From Tubulanus polymorphus (lineage: Eukaryota > Animalia > Nemertea), in NCBI RefSeq assembly GCF_964204645.1, contig NC_134030.1, positions 17,754,210-17,818,209 of the forward strand: a DNA stretch of 64,000 bases, given 5' to 3'. The stretch's first letter is position 1. Each line of letters begins with the position of its first letter. Under the pieces are notes generated by a model. It did not search any database and was not told where the DNA came from. It saw nothing but the letters and a program-made list of their open reading frames with translations. Positions 25,700 through 38,605 of the stretch are shown in pieces. The translations under genes and the position numbers were made by a program.

Positions 25700-27046
25700 A
25701 TGACTGTTTCTGCTGAAAGTTGGTTTAATTCGTTTCGCAGTTCGAAACTTCTCGTCAAAATCATCACGTTCGTCGCCTTGTTGCTGCACACTTTGACGAC
25801 GTCGACGATCGTGCCTCTTCTACCGCCCATGCTGGTTAAAATAGGGAGAACTCCGACCGGCGGCAACGCTTCATCTTTCGATTCGTTCGGCGCTAGCGAC
25901 ATCTACGCGCGCAACCTTACAGAAATTAGTAACTTTTCGGGTGCGTTGGGCTACATCGTTTCGGCGCGGTGGATCGCCGATTTTCTATTCACGATAGTGA
26001 CCGGGTTTCTAGTGGATAGATTCGGTAACCGATGGCCCATGCTAGTCGGGGTACTGTTCAACATGACCTCTATATTCGGATACGCGTTTGTGCCGAATAT
26101 CGCGAGTCTGATCGTATTCCGCGTTTTACAGGGAATCGGCGCCAGTTTGACTTACGTGTCCAGTTTAGCGCTGATAAGCGAAACTTTTCAAGACGATTCC
26201 GAACGAAATAAGGCGTTAAGCCAAGTTTTTCTAGGATATACTGTCGGGCTACTACTAGGTTACGCAGTCGGGCCTATACTGTTCAGATTCACTAATTTGA
26301 TGGTGCCATTTTTATTACTAGGCGTGCTCGCTTCCGTCGACGGACTTCTGAGAATACTAAAACCAACCGATGACACTAATACGCGTCAAGATGCCAAAAA
26401 TGTGAAAATTTCAAAATATTGCGTCATTTTATTTGAACCATACATCCTGGCCGGTTTGATTTGTAATCTTTCGTTGTTTTTCGGACTCGGTATTTACCTA
26501 GCTACGGGCGCTGATTGGATGATTTACCACCTGCGAGCCGACATGTGGCAAATTGGGCTAGTTTTATTTATTAGTTTGTTGTTTATGATTTTAGGTGACC
26601 TACTCGCCGGTTGGTACAGTTTAAAGTACCAATGGGCGTGGCTTATTATAGCCTTGTGGTTATACGCATCTGGTATGGCGATCTACCCGGCATGCACTTC
26701 AATATGGCACGTGATCGGGACGGAAGGACTAGCCCGATTCGGAATAGGTATAGGACTGTGTTGCATCAATTCGCTTCTAGCCCGTGTAACCGATTTACGA
26801 TTCGGTAACGCCACCTATGGAGTGACTTTCGGACTGTTCGCGGCTACTGTCGACCTTGGGTCCATATTAGGGTCGCTTTTTGGTGGATTTTTGGTTGACA
26901 AAATGACATTCGACTGGCTGTACCGAGCCGAGGCTATTTTCGTATTTTTGGCGTCTTTCAGCGCTTTAATCTATCGTAAGATGCCCGCAGCAGTAAAAGA
27001 CACTGGAAAATATGAAAAATTCCCAGCTGGCGAGAATTGCGACTAG
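25700..27046 (+). CDS. Intronless MFS transporter, divergent SLC18 (vesicular amine/acetylcholine transporter-like)
   Basis: Intact 448 aa with ~12 hydrophobic segments. MFS motif A GFLVDRFGNR; SLC18-like FVALLLH...IVPLLP, RVLQGIGAS, DDSERNKAL, EPYIL and YGVTFGL. Confidence 0.92.
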   Translation: MTVSAESWFNSFRSSKLLVKIITFVALLLHTLTTSTIVPLLPPMLVKIGRTPTGGNASSFDSFGASDIYARNLTEISNFSGALGYIVSARWIADFLFTIVTGFLVDRFGNRWPMLVGVLFNMTSIFGYAFVPNIASLIVFRVLQGIGASLTYVSSLALISETFQDDSERNKALSQVFLGYTVGLLLGYAVGPILFRFTNLMVPFLLLGVLASVDGLLRILKPTDDTNTRQDAKNVKISKYCVILFEPYILAGLICNLSLFFGLGIYLATGADWMIYHLRADMWQIGLVLFISLLFMILGDLLAGWYSLKYQWAWLIIALWLYASGMAIYPACTSIWHVIGTEGLARFGIGIGLCCINSLLARVTDLRFGNATYGVTFGLFAATVDLGSILGSLFGGFLVDKMTFDWLYRAEAIFVFLASFSALIYRKMPAAVKDTGKYEKFPAGENCD

Positions 27047-28610
27047 AACCACGTCACAAACGTTATCATTCACCTAGTGCTGGTGTGGCAAGTGAGGATC
27101 CACCAGGTGTCGCTAGTGTGCAGTAAAATATTACTTACTGCGGCAATAGACGATTCCGCCTGTGGCAATTAAGCATCCACCAGGTGTCGCTTATGTGTCC
27201 AAACGATAACAGTATGTACTAACCTCAACATTTTGGCAACTCTCCAATAAAAAAACGATACAATAGCCACGATCATTGAAGCGTTTTTGGCCCGGAACAA
27301 CTGTTCCCATGGGTGCAAAATGGTTCCGTTTCTGTTTGGCCCGACCAAAAATGTCGGACCGTTGCTAGCCGCCATTTTGTTAGAGTACTTTTGTCATTTT
27401 TTTCTCCTTTCCAAAAACTATTTGTGATGCGTGTTTTATCATATTTCATCTGTCCCTGGATGGATTTTGACAGTTTTAGCAACATTCAAACCGTATGAAT
27501 CTCTCCTTTTCAGTTATGTAGAATCAAATCCTCAAACTTCCAACAATGCGACATTAGTGCGATATAAATATCGGTGGTTAGTTTTTGAACAACACACATT
27601 AGTAATAACATTTTAGAAATGGTCAGAATTTTAAATTGCGATTGGTATATTTTTTTTAAACGGCCGTTAAGGCTTCATGTTTCGTCTGCAATTCACTGCA
27701 AATAGTTACGCAACTACGCACATTTCAGTGTTTTGGCAGCTTTACACTCAATCGGCACCGTTCGTGACTAGCTTCACTGCGGAATTATCATTAATTAACA
27801 TCGCCATATCACATCATAAACTTATATTAGGCCTTAAAACCCTAACAGCCGAAATAATTAAAATGCACACACGATTTCTATCATTGAAGATTGAGAGAGT
27901 GGCCATGTTTGTGTTCTGCTGCTTCGCGTAAATCCCGCGCGGTGGCGCATCCGCGCGGAGTGGGGCCGATACTAGGATTCCAGGATTCTAAGGAGGGGGT
28001 GCACAAATCCACATATGGGGTCCTCCCCCAGTAAATTTTTGAAAATTAGACGATCAAATCATGACGCGTTCTGGGCACGATCAGAGTACGATTTAACTCG
28101 CAATTTGAAGAGTGATTTTCACAACTTTCATGAACGATCTAGGACTGCCGTAAAAAGCGCTGGTAATTATAAACGACGACATCAGTTTACGCATTTTCAG
28201 GGATTTTTCGCATGCTTGTCTTCGTTCTCACGAAAAGGTCAGTCCGTAAAAATTAGCGAGGACTTTAGGGGGATGCACGTGCCCCCTGTGCACCCACTGG
28301 ATCCGCCGCTGGCCACGATCACACGGTTGTATTTAGCATGGAAGAACCGTTCACGCGAGTTCCGAATGGGCCTGATTGGCTGGAACAAAAGTGGGACCAG
28401 GCCTGAGCCATAGCATTCTAGCAAGGGTCAAATGATTGAATATTGATTAGTTTGTCACGGCATTGTTTGATATCGGGTGAGCGATGGACGCGCTACCTAA
28501 ATCGGCACGGGCTTAGTTTGATTCGACGGTTCTGATCTGGGGCAAATCGCCTCCGTGTGATCGCGGCTAACATATCGAATATTCAACAGTTGTTAAACGT
28601 TCTGTTATAG

Positions 28611-28793
28611 GTAAAAGTAGTAATGTATAGCAAGTGTAAGGAAGTAGCTTTTATACGATTTAATGCTCAAGGAAATGATAAAATCACTTGGTTCGACGTG
28701 ACGAAAATCATAAACAGTTCATGGACGGATTTAACAGCAACAACTGCACTAAGTTCTTATATGAAAACAGTGTTTAGCATCGATGGAAAGGGA
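28611..28793 (+). CDS. Exon of a gene for an uncharacterised invertebrate extracellular domain
   Basis: TGTTATAG| then VKVVMYSKCKEVAFIRFNAQGNDKITWFDVTKIINSSWTDL...FSIDG. Donor position uncertain. Confidence 0.65.
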
Positions 28794-29050
28794 GTAACCT
28801 GAAATTATTAACAAATTTCCAAAAAATTCTAACAATCGACGAAACACTCACAATGTAAGCGTGGAGATACATCGAAATTCGAAATAATTCGCAATGATTC
28901 CTTGGGCTAATCTCTTCGACATTTCGACAATATCCCGTTGCTATCATCTGTTGGTCATCCTTGGTGACTAACTATTTGGATATAGTCGAAACAATGGCAT
29001 AAACTACTAGCTCAAGGAAACATTTCAGACTCTCTCTAAACTTCATTGCT

Positions 29051-29845
29051 ATCGCGGTCACAGGGGTTTGGCGATCGGCTTGGATTTTATTTCCGGGTTG
29101 TTGATAATCTCGCGAGAATGGCGCTAAATATGAACTGCAAATAAATTCAAAATATCATAGAAATACCTTGTGTTTATATTGTTTATTTATCCGCTATTAA
29201 GTTCCGATAAACAATTGGTCGTTAAGGATCATCATCAGACAGTCGTCACGCTTTACTATATAAAATAACAAGGGATGAAACGCAGTTCAATTCGTGCCAG
29301 CCAGAAAGTTGGGACAGTCACGTGACAGTCGCGCTTCTTATTTGAATGAATGCAAACCCGAAGCATCTAAGATGGAAACTATGATACGAAAAATATTTGA
29401 GAATAACTTACATTCAAATGCAATTTTTTTTTATGAATTATATATTTGATCATAATTTATTCTTTATAAGTTATTAATTTCATATGAATCATCATCTGAC
29501 AATTGATATCAGTCTGTGAATATGTTAACTTTTCATGTTAAAGTTTTAAATGTGATGACATCATCAGAATGTCACGTGACTGTCCCAACTTTCTGGCTGG
29601 TACAACTCTGAAGGCGTTTCATCCCTTGTGATTTTATATAGTAGCGTGACGACCGTCTGATAATGATTCTTAACGACCAATTGTTTATCGAAACTTTATA
29701 GCGGATAAATAAACAATATAAACACAAGGTATTTCCGTGATATTTTGAATTTATTCGTAGTTCATATTTAGCGCCATTCTCGCGAGATTGTCAACAACCC
29801 GGAAATAAAATCCAAGCCCATCGCCAAACCCCTGTGATCGCGGTA
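29051..29845. mobile_element. Foldback MITE with ~285-bp TIRs, probable TA TSD
   Basis: TCGCGGTCACAGGGGTTTGGCGAT... and ...ATCGCCAAACCCCTGTGATCGCGG; arms pair inward to ~29330/29570. Confidence 0.85.
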
Positions 29846-30732
29846 TCTATTATTATTGATGGGGTACCGGCAACGCTACTGTGGCAAGTGAGGATTCCGC
29901 TTGGTGGTTCGCTAGTGGCCCTGTGTAAATAATAAAAAAAAACTTACTTCAGCATCGGTTTTTCGTGTATAATTAAGCCTTTTATTTAAGAAATCGCAAA
30001 ACCTGGTATGAGCACATATACATTGTGCAATATGCCAACCGGCTTGATTAGTTCATACAACTGCCACCAGGGGATTGTGAAATCACCGTATTCGTTACCC
30101 TCAAAGCTTTGATTTAGTACATCTGAGTACTTTGTACGTATAGTAGTCATCATATCCGGGAAATGTGTTGACCCCTAGGTGGCGCTCCTTTTTCGAATTC
30201 AATTTCGTAAACTGATGAGACTGATTTCGACGAAATCTGTGTACGGTTCCAAGTACTACATTTAAACCAGCAAGGCAGAAAACCCATTATCGCTGCTTTG
30301 CAGCTACATTTTCACTGATTTTAGCGTCGCTTATGACTTAAATGGGAGCTCATGGAGAAAATCATCTCATACGCCCAATGTCACCATTGGGCTTCTATAC
30401 ATTAACACGTATTGCAACCATGCTAAACGTTATAAAGCCTTTACTACTAGGAAAATCACAATCATGCCACATGTACCCCCCCCCCCTCACCCCTGATGAA
30501 AAACCCCTGGGTCCGCACTGGGGAGATTCCTGGTCGTGGCCGAAAAACGTCATCAGTATGTGTGTAGGTATAAATATCGAATTACCATTTCAAACTCGCA
30601 GGAATAACTGATGACGTTGTTTCTGATATAACTGTTACTAACTTATCTATGATGGACCGATAGGTATATATTGCTTTATCAAATAAGGCGCCATCAAATT
30701 ATTCCTTGTTTCCTAATATTTAGTCCGCATAG

Positions 30733-30898
30733 GTAAATTTCTTTGCGCTGAAACAATATGGTGGTTGCACAAATGACAGGATTTGGATGGTGTTGATAAA
30801 TGGTCCCGATACACGACCTCCTGGAAAGACGTGTGCATATGATCACGAGTATGGCGCTCTGCCTTACTTCCTCTATTCACCTAGTAACTCATTGTCAC
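30733..30898 (+). CDS. Next exon of the same gene
   Basis: NFFALKQYGGCTNDRIWMVLINGP...CAYDHEYGALPYFLYSP, donor C|GTATGT (phase 1). Acceptor at 30724 or 30733. Confidence 0.65.
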
Positions 30899-32245
30899 GT
30901 ATGTAGTTTTCATATTTATTAGACTGGTACCCGCTCAATTTATTGGACTAGTACCCGCTATCAGCCAATTGTCTGTATTCTGCCTAACTTCCTCTATTCA
31001 CCAAGTAACTCAATGTCACGTATGTAGTCATCCTCGCTTGCCATAGGTCCGGTATCACTCCCGAACTCGCTTCCACCAGTCCCCTGGCCTCACGAAGCGT
31101 GATTTCATTACTGGCGCTGTTGCGCGTGACGTCATATATCGATTTGCGAAATACTTCCTTGTTCGGTAAAACGTTCGCTGATTGGTCAATTTAACGAGAA
31201 AACCAACAGAAGTCTACTGACGGTTTGTTACAAGCGCTGTGATTGGTACGACCGGATTCTGGTCGGCTAGTAACGACTCCAACGACTCGTGAGGTCAAGG
31301 GGTTCGGGGAACAGCTTTAGTGTAGTGGGTTCGAATCCCTTGACGGCTGAAGATTGTATGTAATTTCTATATTTATTAGACTGGTGCCCGCTCAATTCAT
31401 TGGACTAGTGCCCGCTATCAGCCAATTGTCTGTATTCTGCCTTATTTCCTCTATTCACCACTTAACTCATTGTCACGTATGTAGTTTTCATATTTATTAG
31501 ACTGGTACCTGCTCAATTTATTGGACTAGTACCCGCTATCAGCCAATTGTCTGTTTTCTGCCTTACTTCCTCTATTCACCAAGTAACTCAATGTCACGTA
31601 TGTAGTCATCCTCGCTTGCCATGGGTCCGGTATCACTCCCGAACTCGCTTCCACCAGCCCCCTGGCCTCACGAAGCGTGATTTCATTACTGGCGCTGTTG
31701 CGCGTGACGTCATATATCGATTTGCGAAATACTTCCTTGTTCGGTAAAACGTTCGCTGATTGGTCAATTTAACGAGAAAACCAACAGAAGTCTACTGACG
31801 GTTTGTTACAAGCGCTGTGATTGGTACGACCGGATTCTGGTCGGCTAGTAACGACTCCAACTACTCGTGAGGTCAAGGGGTTCGGGGAACAGCTTTAGTG
31901 TAGTGGGTTCGAATCCCTTGACGGCTGAAGATTGTATGTAGTTTTTATATCTATTAGACTGGTGCCCGCTCAATTCATTGGACTAGTGCCCGCTATCAGC
32001 CAATTGTCTGTATTCTGCCTTACTTCCTCTATTCACCACTTAACTCATTGTCACGTACGTAGTTTTCATATTTATTAGACTGGTGCCCGCTCAATTCATT
32101 GGACTAGTGCCTGCTATCAGCCAATTGTCTGTATTCTGCCTTACTTCCTCTATTCACCACTTAACTCATTGTCACGTATGTAGTTTTCATATTTATTAGA
32201 CTGGTGCCCGCTCAATTTATTGGACAATTGCCCGCTATCAGCAAT
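30860..32245. repeat. Higher-order tandem array: 121-bp units and a 578-bp duplication containing a B-box-like element
   Basis: CCTTACTTCCTCTATTCACC-like units at ~30862, 30983, 31440, 31561, 32018 and 32139; GGTTCGAATCCC at ~31328 and ~31906. Confidence 0.9.
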
Positions 32246-32293
32246 TTTTTGTATATCACTACGCGTAACAAATATATATGCATTCTTTTTCAG

Positions 32294-32343
32294 GTCCCAA
32301 CGGCCTATCTCTTGCCGACACGTACGCCATCTACATTAAGTAG
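32294..32343 (+). CDS. Terminal coding exon of the same gene
   Basis: TTTTTCAG|GT, phase 1, PNGLSLADTYAIYIK*. Confidence 0.6.
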
Positions 32344-32639
32344 TAGACGTTACCTTTCGCTCATTGTAAAAATTACTTATGTCGAAAACGCTGTTTATTT
32401 TATAAAGCAATGTACGATAATATATTCAAAAAGGAAATACAAGATCGCGTAATTACTGATTCAGAGTGGTCCTGATGTTATATAGATAAGCTGTCCCGTG
32501 CTCGAACCCAATGATTACGGATACTGATTCGGAATCTTACTGATGCTTAAGAAACGCCATAAATATGCCAAGTGAGTAAGGGAAAATTGGGGGTTTCATA
32601 CCGGGGGTATGAGGCATGAGGTAGGTAGGTTTTTGGGTA

Positions 32640-33050
32640 AGAAATGTTGGGTAAAATATTGGGTAATATTTTTCTATATAAATGATGAATGATAATACAC
32701 TTGAAAATCGTGATAGATTGTGCCATTTTTGTAGAAGATTAAAGATGATTAATTATTTTTATAACAACGACGAAAGAGATAAAAATATTAAGTGTAAACT
32801 ATCGTATAGATGAAATTTTTTATATGAAAAGATGTACAGGTTGTGGTGAATTTACAATTTTAAAATTACACAGTCAGTTCCACTGTTTAGATGGTCGGTC
32901 AGGTTATATCAATTAGTGGTTTTTGCTATTGTATTGAAAAATTATTCAGAATTTCATAAAAGAATAGGAACAATTGATGGTTAAGTATGTAAAAGATGTA
33001 AGCGTGAATTGCGAAAAGATGGTAGAGAAAGGAGAAAAGAAGATAAAGAG
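32640..33050 (+). pseudogene. Decayed virus-like Cys-pair (zinc-ribbon) ORF
   Basis: TATATAAATG start at 32682; RLCHFCRRLK..INYF and KRCTGCGEF in broken frames. Confidence 0.35.
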
Positions 33051-33229
33051 ACAACTAGACATAGTGAGTAGAACTATTTATTTGACACACGGGCTTTCGC
33101 TACGAGTGATGTCCAACTACCCAGAGTTTACGTACATAAAGTACCTTTGTGGGATACTTAGGGTCTGTTCAGATATTTAACAGCGAAATATTTCGCTGCA
33201 AAGCAGTGAAGAAATATATCTAAAAGGAA

Positions 33230-33577
33230 CTTCAAACGCAACACATTAGACAACTTTTAGCACACTTTCAAAAACAGATCGTCCACACTTCACATCTGTT
33301 CAGAACTTCACCTGAAACATTTCTAATTGAAGATGAACTACAAACACCAGACATTAGACATTTTATCAGCTTACTTTCAAAAACTGATCGTCCACACTTC
33401 ACATCTGTTCAGTACTTCACCTGAGACATTATTTAATTGAAAATGAACTACAAACACCAGATATTAGACATTTTATCAGCTTACTTTCAAAAACTGATCG
33501 TCCACACTTCACACGTGTTCAGTACTTCACCTGAGACATTATTTAATTGAAAATGAATTACAAACACCAGATATTAG

Positions 33578-33630
<53 letters not shown>
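33230..33630. repeat. 110-bp tandem repeat (~3 copies) followed by (TA)n
   Basis: CAAACACCAG at 33341, 33451 and 33561. Confidence 0.9.
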
Positions 33631-33632
<2 letters not shown>

Positions 33633-36600
33633 GTGAAGTGTATATGATGAAATGTCTAATATCTGGTGATCTGGTGCTACACGAAATCTATAGATCTGAG
33701 TTAATAGTTGTTAAGTAATTTATTCTTGCTGGTAACAAACTGGTTATAGCTTTGTTAGTTTTAGTATAGAATGATGAAGGAGGGTGCCCGGTTTGTTCTG
33801 GTATAACAGCAAAAGGTTCACTGGTGTTCCGTCCGTCGTAAATTTGAGTAGTTGTCGCTGAATCAGTGCCAGGGTGTCATTCGAATTTAATAAAGACACA
33901 ACACATATTACAGTCCACCAATCTGAAAATTCTGTGAATTGCTATGAAGTCGATATTCTGTCGTTGGTACTGCATGATTTATAAGAAAAACATTAATATG
34001 CTTCAATCGATATGAACCGGTTAGATTTCTATGCGCTGTTTAAAAAATACACTGGTCGATTCGATTATTTCAGAAATTAAAAATATTTCAACTGCCGAAT
34101 TTAAGCAACGAATTATTAGTTCATGTTCAGTAGAAATATTATCGAGATGCAGACTCGCAGTGTGAGACATGTTCGCTGGTTGGTTCGTTTTTTAATCGTT
34201 TATTAAACTAACTGGTGTCCGAGGCCTCTCATAGGTGACAGCTGGTTAGAAGATATTCAGATATGGCCTCCGAGCAATTTCCATTGATAAACCTGGGTCT
34301 AAGCATTGACGTATAAGATAGAAGTTGATGTGCTACTGCTAGCCTATGAGTTGTAGCGCATAAAAGCGACTGTAAGACCGCTCAAGAGTAAGCTGACGTT
34401 TAGACGTTAGATGTGACTAGTTTGCTATCAGAGGGGTAATTATTTCATTTATTGGACAAATGGTAATATCACATTACATTGATTATTGCCAGCTGCCACG
34501 ATATGCTCCAAGAGTCATGAAGAAGCAGACATCAGATGAGCTCTTTCCTTAACCATGGAAGCAATTAATTATTGACAATTTTCAATAAAACAATCAAACC
34601 ACTACTGAGTCGATGACCTGCGTTACCTCACCCAATCGCCAAATCTCACAATTCCCCGAATTTCTTAAAAATTCGATTTCAAATTTGCAATTCCACATAA
34701 GCTTATCCCAAAAATTCTACATCTTTTTCAGAGGCGTCAAATAATCTATTAAACTTAATTTTCTTGTATAATTCTTAACTATCGACGTTAGTGACTACGG
34801 TTGTATTGAAAATGGGCCCATAATTAACAAGCCTTTGCTGTCGTCTATTATCAACTCAAGAGGCCCGTTTATTTCGTTAACCATCATATCCACAATAACT
34901 TCTACCGCTTTATTCCAAAAAAGGTAAATCAAAACAACCCGAGCATCGAAATGCATGTACTCAAACCAGGTAACCGTGTTGGTTATTCTACTGTGCATCT
35001 TCTTCATGGTTACAACATTCCCGGCTGCTTCCCTTTTGTCGGAATAATTCCGCTCAACCGGTAGCTAGACGGTCGTTTAGAAAAATTAATTATCAGTACC
35101 GTACCCTGTCCTCTTGTTAATTAATCGAATCAATTAAGGAATCTTTATCCGCTAAATTAGACTATTAACCCTTCGTCTTTCTTTCTTCGTTTCTGATTAG
35201 TAAAAAAGTATCATTTCTAAATGTTTGATCGTACGGAACATTCAATTCAATTATGCTGACGACTTCGAAAAAATTCCATTCGTTCATCGCCCTGGAACTG
35301 TTAAACTTCTATTCATTGATGATCTAAGAATATTTCTTTAACCGTCGAAAGTTTGCAGAGGTCTTACACTTCCATTCATATCTTGTTTGAGAGTGATGTT
35401 ACATTGCGTGATTTCATTCAGTACTAATTCACTGCTTTTGCATTCACCGGTTGAGCTCGATTGTCAGAGATGAACAATTTTAAGATCTGATATACAGCAA
35501 TATTCTTGTGGCCGTTTAAGACGATTCTTTTTCGAAAATCAAATTTTGATATTATTTTCTGATTCCTTTGCCCGTCATCAGACACATGGGCTCACCGGTT
35601 TCTCATGCTACTCTATTCATTTGAGTTAAACCTATAGAGTCATCGCTAACTTGATCACGCATAAAACAAAAATTAAATCTGAGTGTATTATGATATCTGA
35701 GATCAAGGGTTAGGTCAAGGCATAGTATGGACCATTCAATTTTGAACTTGTGCCCCTCCATATCGCACAGTCAACTGAATACGACTGTGTTTGTTCGTCG
35801 CGCTCTATCATAATCTTAATTTTTTTGTGGATGAATCTGTCAGTTAAACGACCGATAGACGAAATTCTGTGGAATTATCCTCTACATTCGTAGAATTTCC
35901 TCTCCTGAACTCATTTAATGGGGAACCATTTTTCTTTAATATCTTAACTTTTATTTATCCATGACAAGTACCATGGAAACACGTCCACCTACAACGAGCT
36001 AACGCAGTGGAATATACTAAATTTCAGAGAATTTAAATATACAATGCACTAATGCAGATTTTACCGTGACCAACTGATGTGACCCATGAACAATCGGTGT
36101 GACCAGTGGTCAACAAACTGTAAAGTTCACAGCAGTTTAACAGTTTTCCACAAATGCATTTAGCTCATTTATCGTAAACATCATACTTTTTTTAAGTACC
36201 CCTTAGAAACAAAACCAACACATTACTATCTGCGGACAATCGCCTGCAAAATACCAGTCCGTCGATATTTTTCGTAACCCAAATTTTGGCAATGATTATT
36301 TTGATAAGGTGCTGCATTCATTCTACAGTGTTTGTGTGAGCCCCGTATGACTCGGTCCTTAAAAATTGACTTTTTGGTTCGCAGTAAAATGCCCAAAACC
36401 TTCGCTACCTATCGTGTCATAAACACATCAACAATCGGAAATTCAGAAAGTGCCACTTCAACCCACATTTGCAGCACATTTAGTAGGTTTTCAAGCCCGT
36501 AGCCAGTGTGGGGGGGGGGGGGGGGGTCGTTTCGAACGAACGCCCCTTTTTAGAAAGTTCCCTTTATGATTTAAGCCTATGTAAAAGGTTCAGAGGCATC

Positions 36601-37804
36601 ACTTGTTATGTTCAGTGTAGGCCACATATGCTACCAGCGACTCAGCTGGCAGTCCGTTGTTTACAATGTTTACATAAACACACGTGGCTGACACTAGGCT
36701 CACACAGTAACACAGTTGACAAATAAAAAAAAAACATTTTTCATTTCTTTGATAACATTTTCATCATAGTATTCTTTTAAATTACATTTCTGAGATTCTA
36801 TAGATGTTTTTTTAATGAAAATTGCTCCAATAATTACACATTTATACAAACAATTATTTTCAAATTCACTGAGTAACCTAACGTCGGCGTAACAACTAAC
36901 GTACATGCAATGTTCAATGAGGCAGGAAAGATTAACCTTCTTGGCCCTCAATGCGCATACATTACGTTAAGGATACTGTGAGGAAAATATTCGCGGGTTA
37001 ACACCCAAGACGAATAGTTTGCAAACATTTAAATTGAACTATTAAACATCCAGAGAGGCCCGTACCCGTGGAAGCGTTGGGTGCGAACGCACCACCCTCT
37101 CCCATAAAATCTGTCAAAGAAAATTTCTTAGACTTGACATCACGTCTCGCACTTGCTCACATTCATATAACTATGATATAGATATAGACTGTTATCAAAA
37201 AATTTGCGTGTCTCAATAAACGAAGGATGAGAATCCAGTACATGTTGTTGGATTAATAGACCTAATAAAAACTTATTCTGAAAATGTTTCGAGGATTAAT
37301 TCAGTGACATTTTTTCAGTAACGTTTTTATTTGAAATATTCACTAAAATTTGGCCAGAAATGCATCTAAAACATTTCCCTTTTCAAGATTTTTTTGGGGG
37401 TGGAACCCCAAATCCCCCTCGTGGGGCTTCGCGTCTGCGGCGTTCGCAGTCGCCATCCAACGCAATCAAATAAGTTCCACCCAACTCTCTAAATTCGATT
37501 CCAACCAAAAGAGAGGCTGCGTACGGGCCTGTTACTACATAAGTTAGTTGTGAATAAATTATATTCTTACTTTTCAAATGATTATACTGAAATTCATTTG
37601 TTGTGTTCGTATTGTTTGTGGAATAGCTACATAATTCTGTATTAAGCCGCTCGCTTTCCTGAAAAAAAAAACATGCAAAAGTGCCTTTTTTAAAAATTCT
37701 AGATCACCCCTTTCAAAATCCTGGCTACGGGCTTGGTTTTAATGTTTTTCATATGGAACAGTAACAACCAGTCGATGGGGACAGCGTTCAATAGCACCGG
37801 AAAC

Positions 37805-37935
37805 CCTCCAACAAACCATTTACTTTTCCGACGTTCGCCGCGTTTATAATTTCTCTTTTCAAATTTTGATTCGTCGATTTCCACCGTTTCGCCAACCCCG
37901 CCGATATTTTCAGACGTATCGATAACCGTGGAATA
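37805..37935 (-). mobile_element. Merlin (IS1595/IS1016-like) transposase fragment
   Basis: IGGVGETVEIDESKFEKRNYKRGERRKSKWFVGG matches the Merlin first-Asp motif GG.G..VEIDESKFGKRKY.RG......WVFG. Confidence 0.85.
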
Positions 37936-38343
37936 GCACACCACTCCACATAAACTACCCTTGTCGTCCAGCGTGTGATCCAAGCCCAGTTTGCGTTCAT
38001 GTTTGTAACAGACGTTTTATACCGACAGGTCTTTGTGACCAAACAGATGGCCACCTCGACCGAATGGGTGCGAGCGATTTATTTGTTCCTGTTTAAACTT
38101 TATAACTTTTATTCATCGATTATAACCAAAACTTGGATTACGGTTGCAACAGAATGGATAATATAATTCGTCGAAATCGTTTTCTAAATATCGTTTTCAA
38201 AGATTCAATTCATATTATGGAAAAGACGGATCTGCACGGGGTGGAATCCGCGTTAAGTCCATGATATCCCTGGAAGTAAACAAAATGATGTCATTATTAT
38301 ATAATGTATAATATAATTAATATGAAAAAGTCAACCAACTTAC

Positions 38344-38605
38344 TGGCACGCAGTATCCCCCAGTCACATTGGCAGCATATTTTGTTACCACCGTTCGCCG
38401 CATTTTATCGTTGGCGCAATAGGCGTATCCGCTCGGGAATAGGCGCGAACGTTCAGGGCAACTGTCTTCACAAGTATAACTATAATCAGGATGGATGCCA
38501 GCATTTAACGATCTCTTCTTTGCCCACTTGCATTCAACATCGCAATATAGACAATAGCAATGACTGACCAAAGCAGTGAATACCAACAACCCGATCACGC
38601 AAAAA
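38344..38605 (-). CDS. Putative exon of a small secreted Cys-rich protein
   Basis: Signal-like FCVIGLLVFTALVSHCYC, then LYCDVEC...TCEDSC...YC...YCVP, ending at donor CCA|GTAAGT. Confidence 0.45.

Noticed and set aside
25700-27046. Bacterial horizontal transfer of the intronless MFS gene
   Set aside because: Motifs are closer to animal SLC18, and intronless SLC18 genes (vertebrate VAChT) are known; a phylogeny would be needed to exclude it fully
30213-30240. Hammerhead at CTGATGAGACTGATTTCGACGAAA
   Set aside because: Stem II and stem I do not pair convincingly
31300-31350. tRNA gene at GGTTCGAATCCC (similar motifs at 11516, 31906 and 51831)
   Set aside because: Only a T-arm/B-box; no cloverleaf could be built; likely SINE-like remnants
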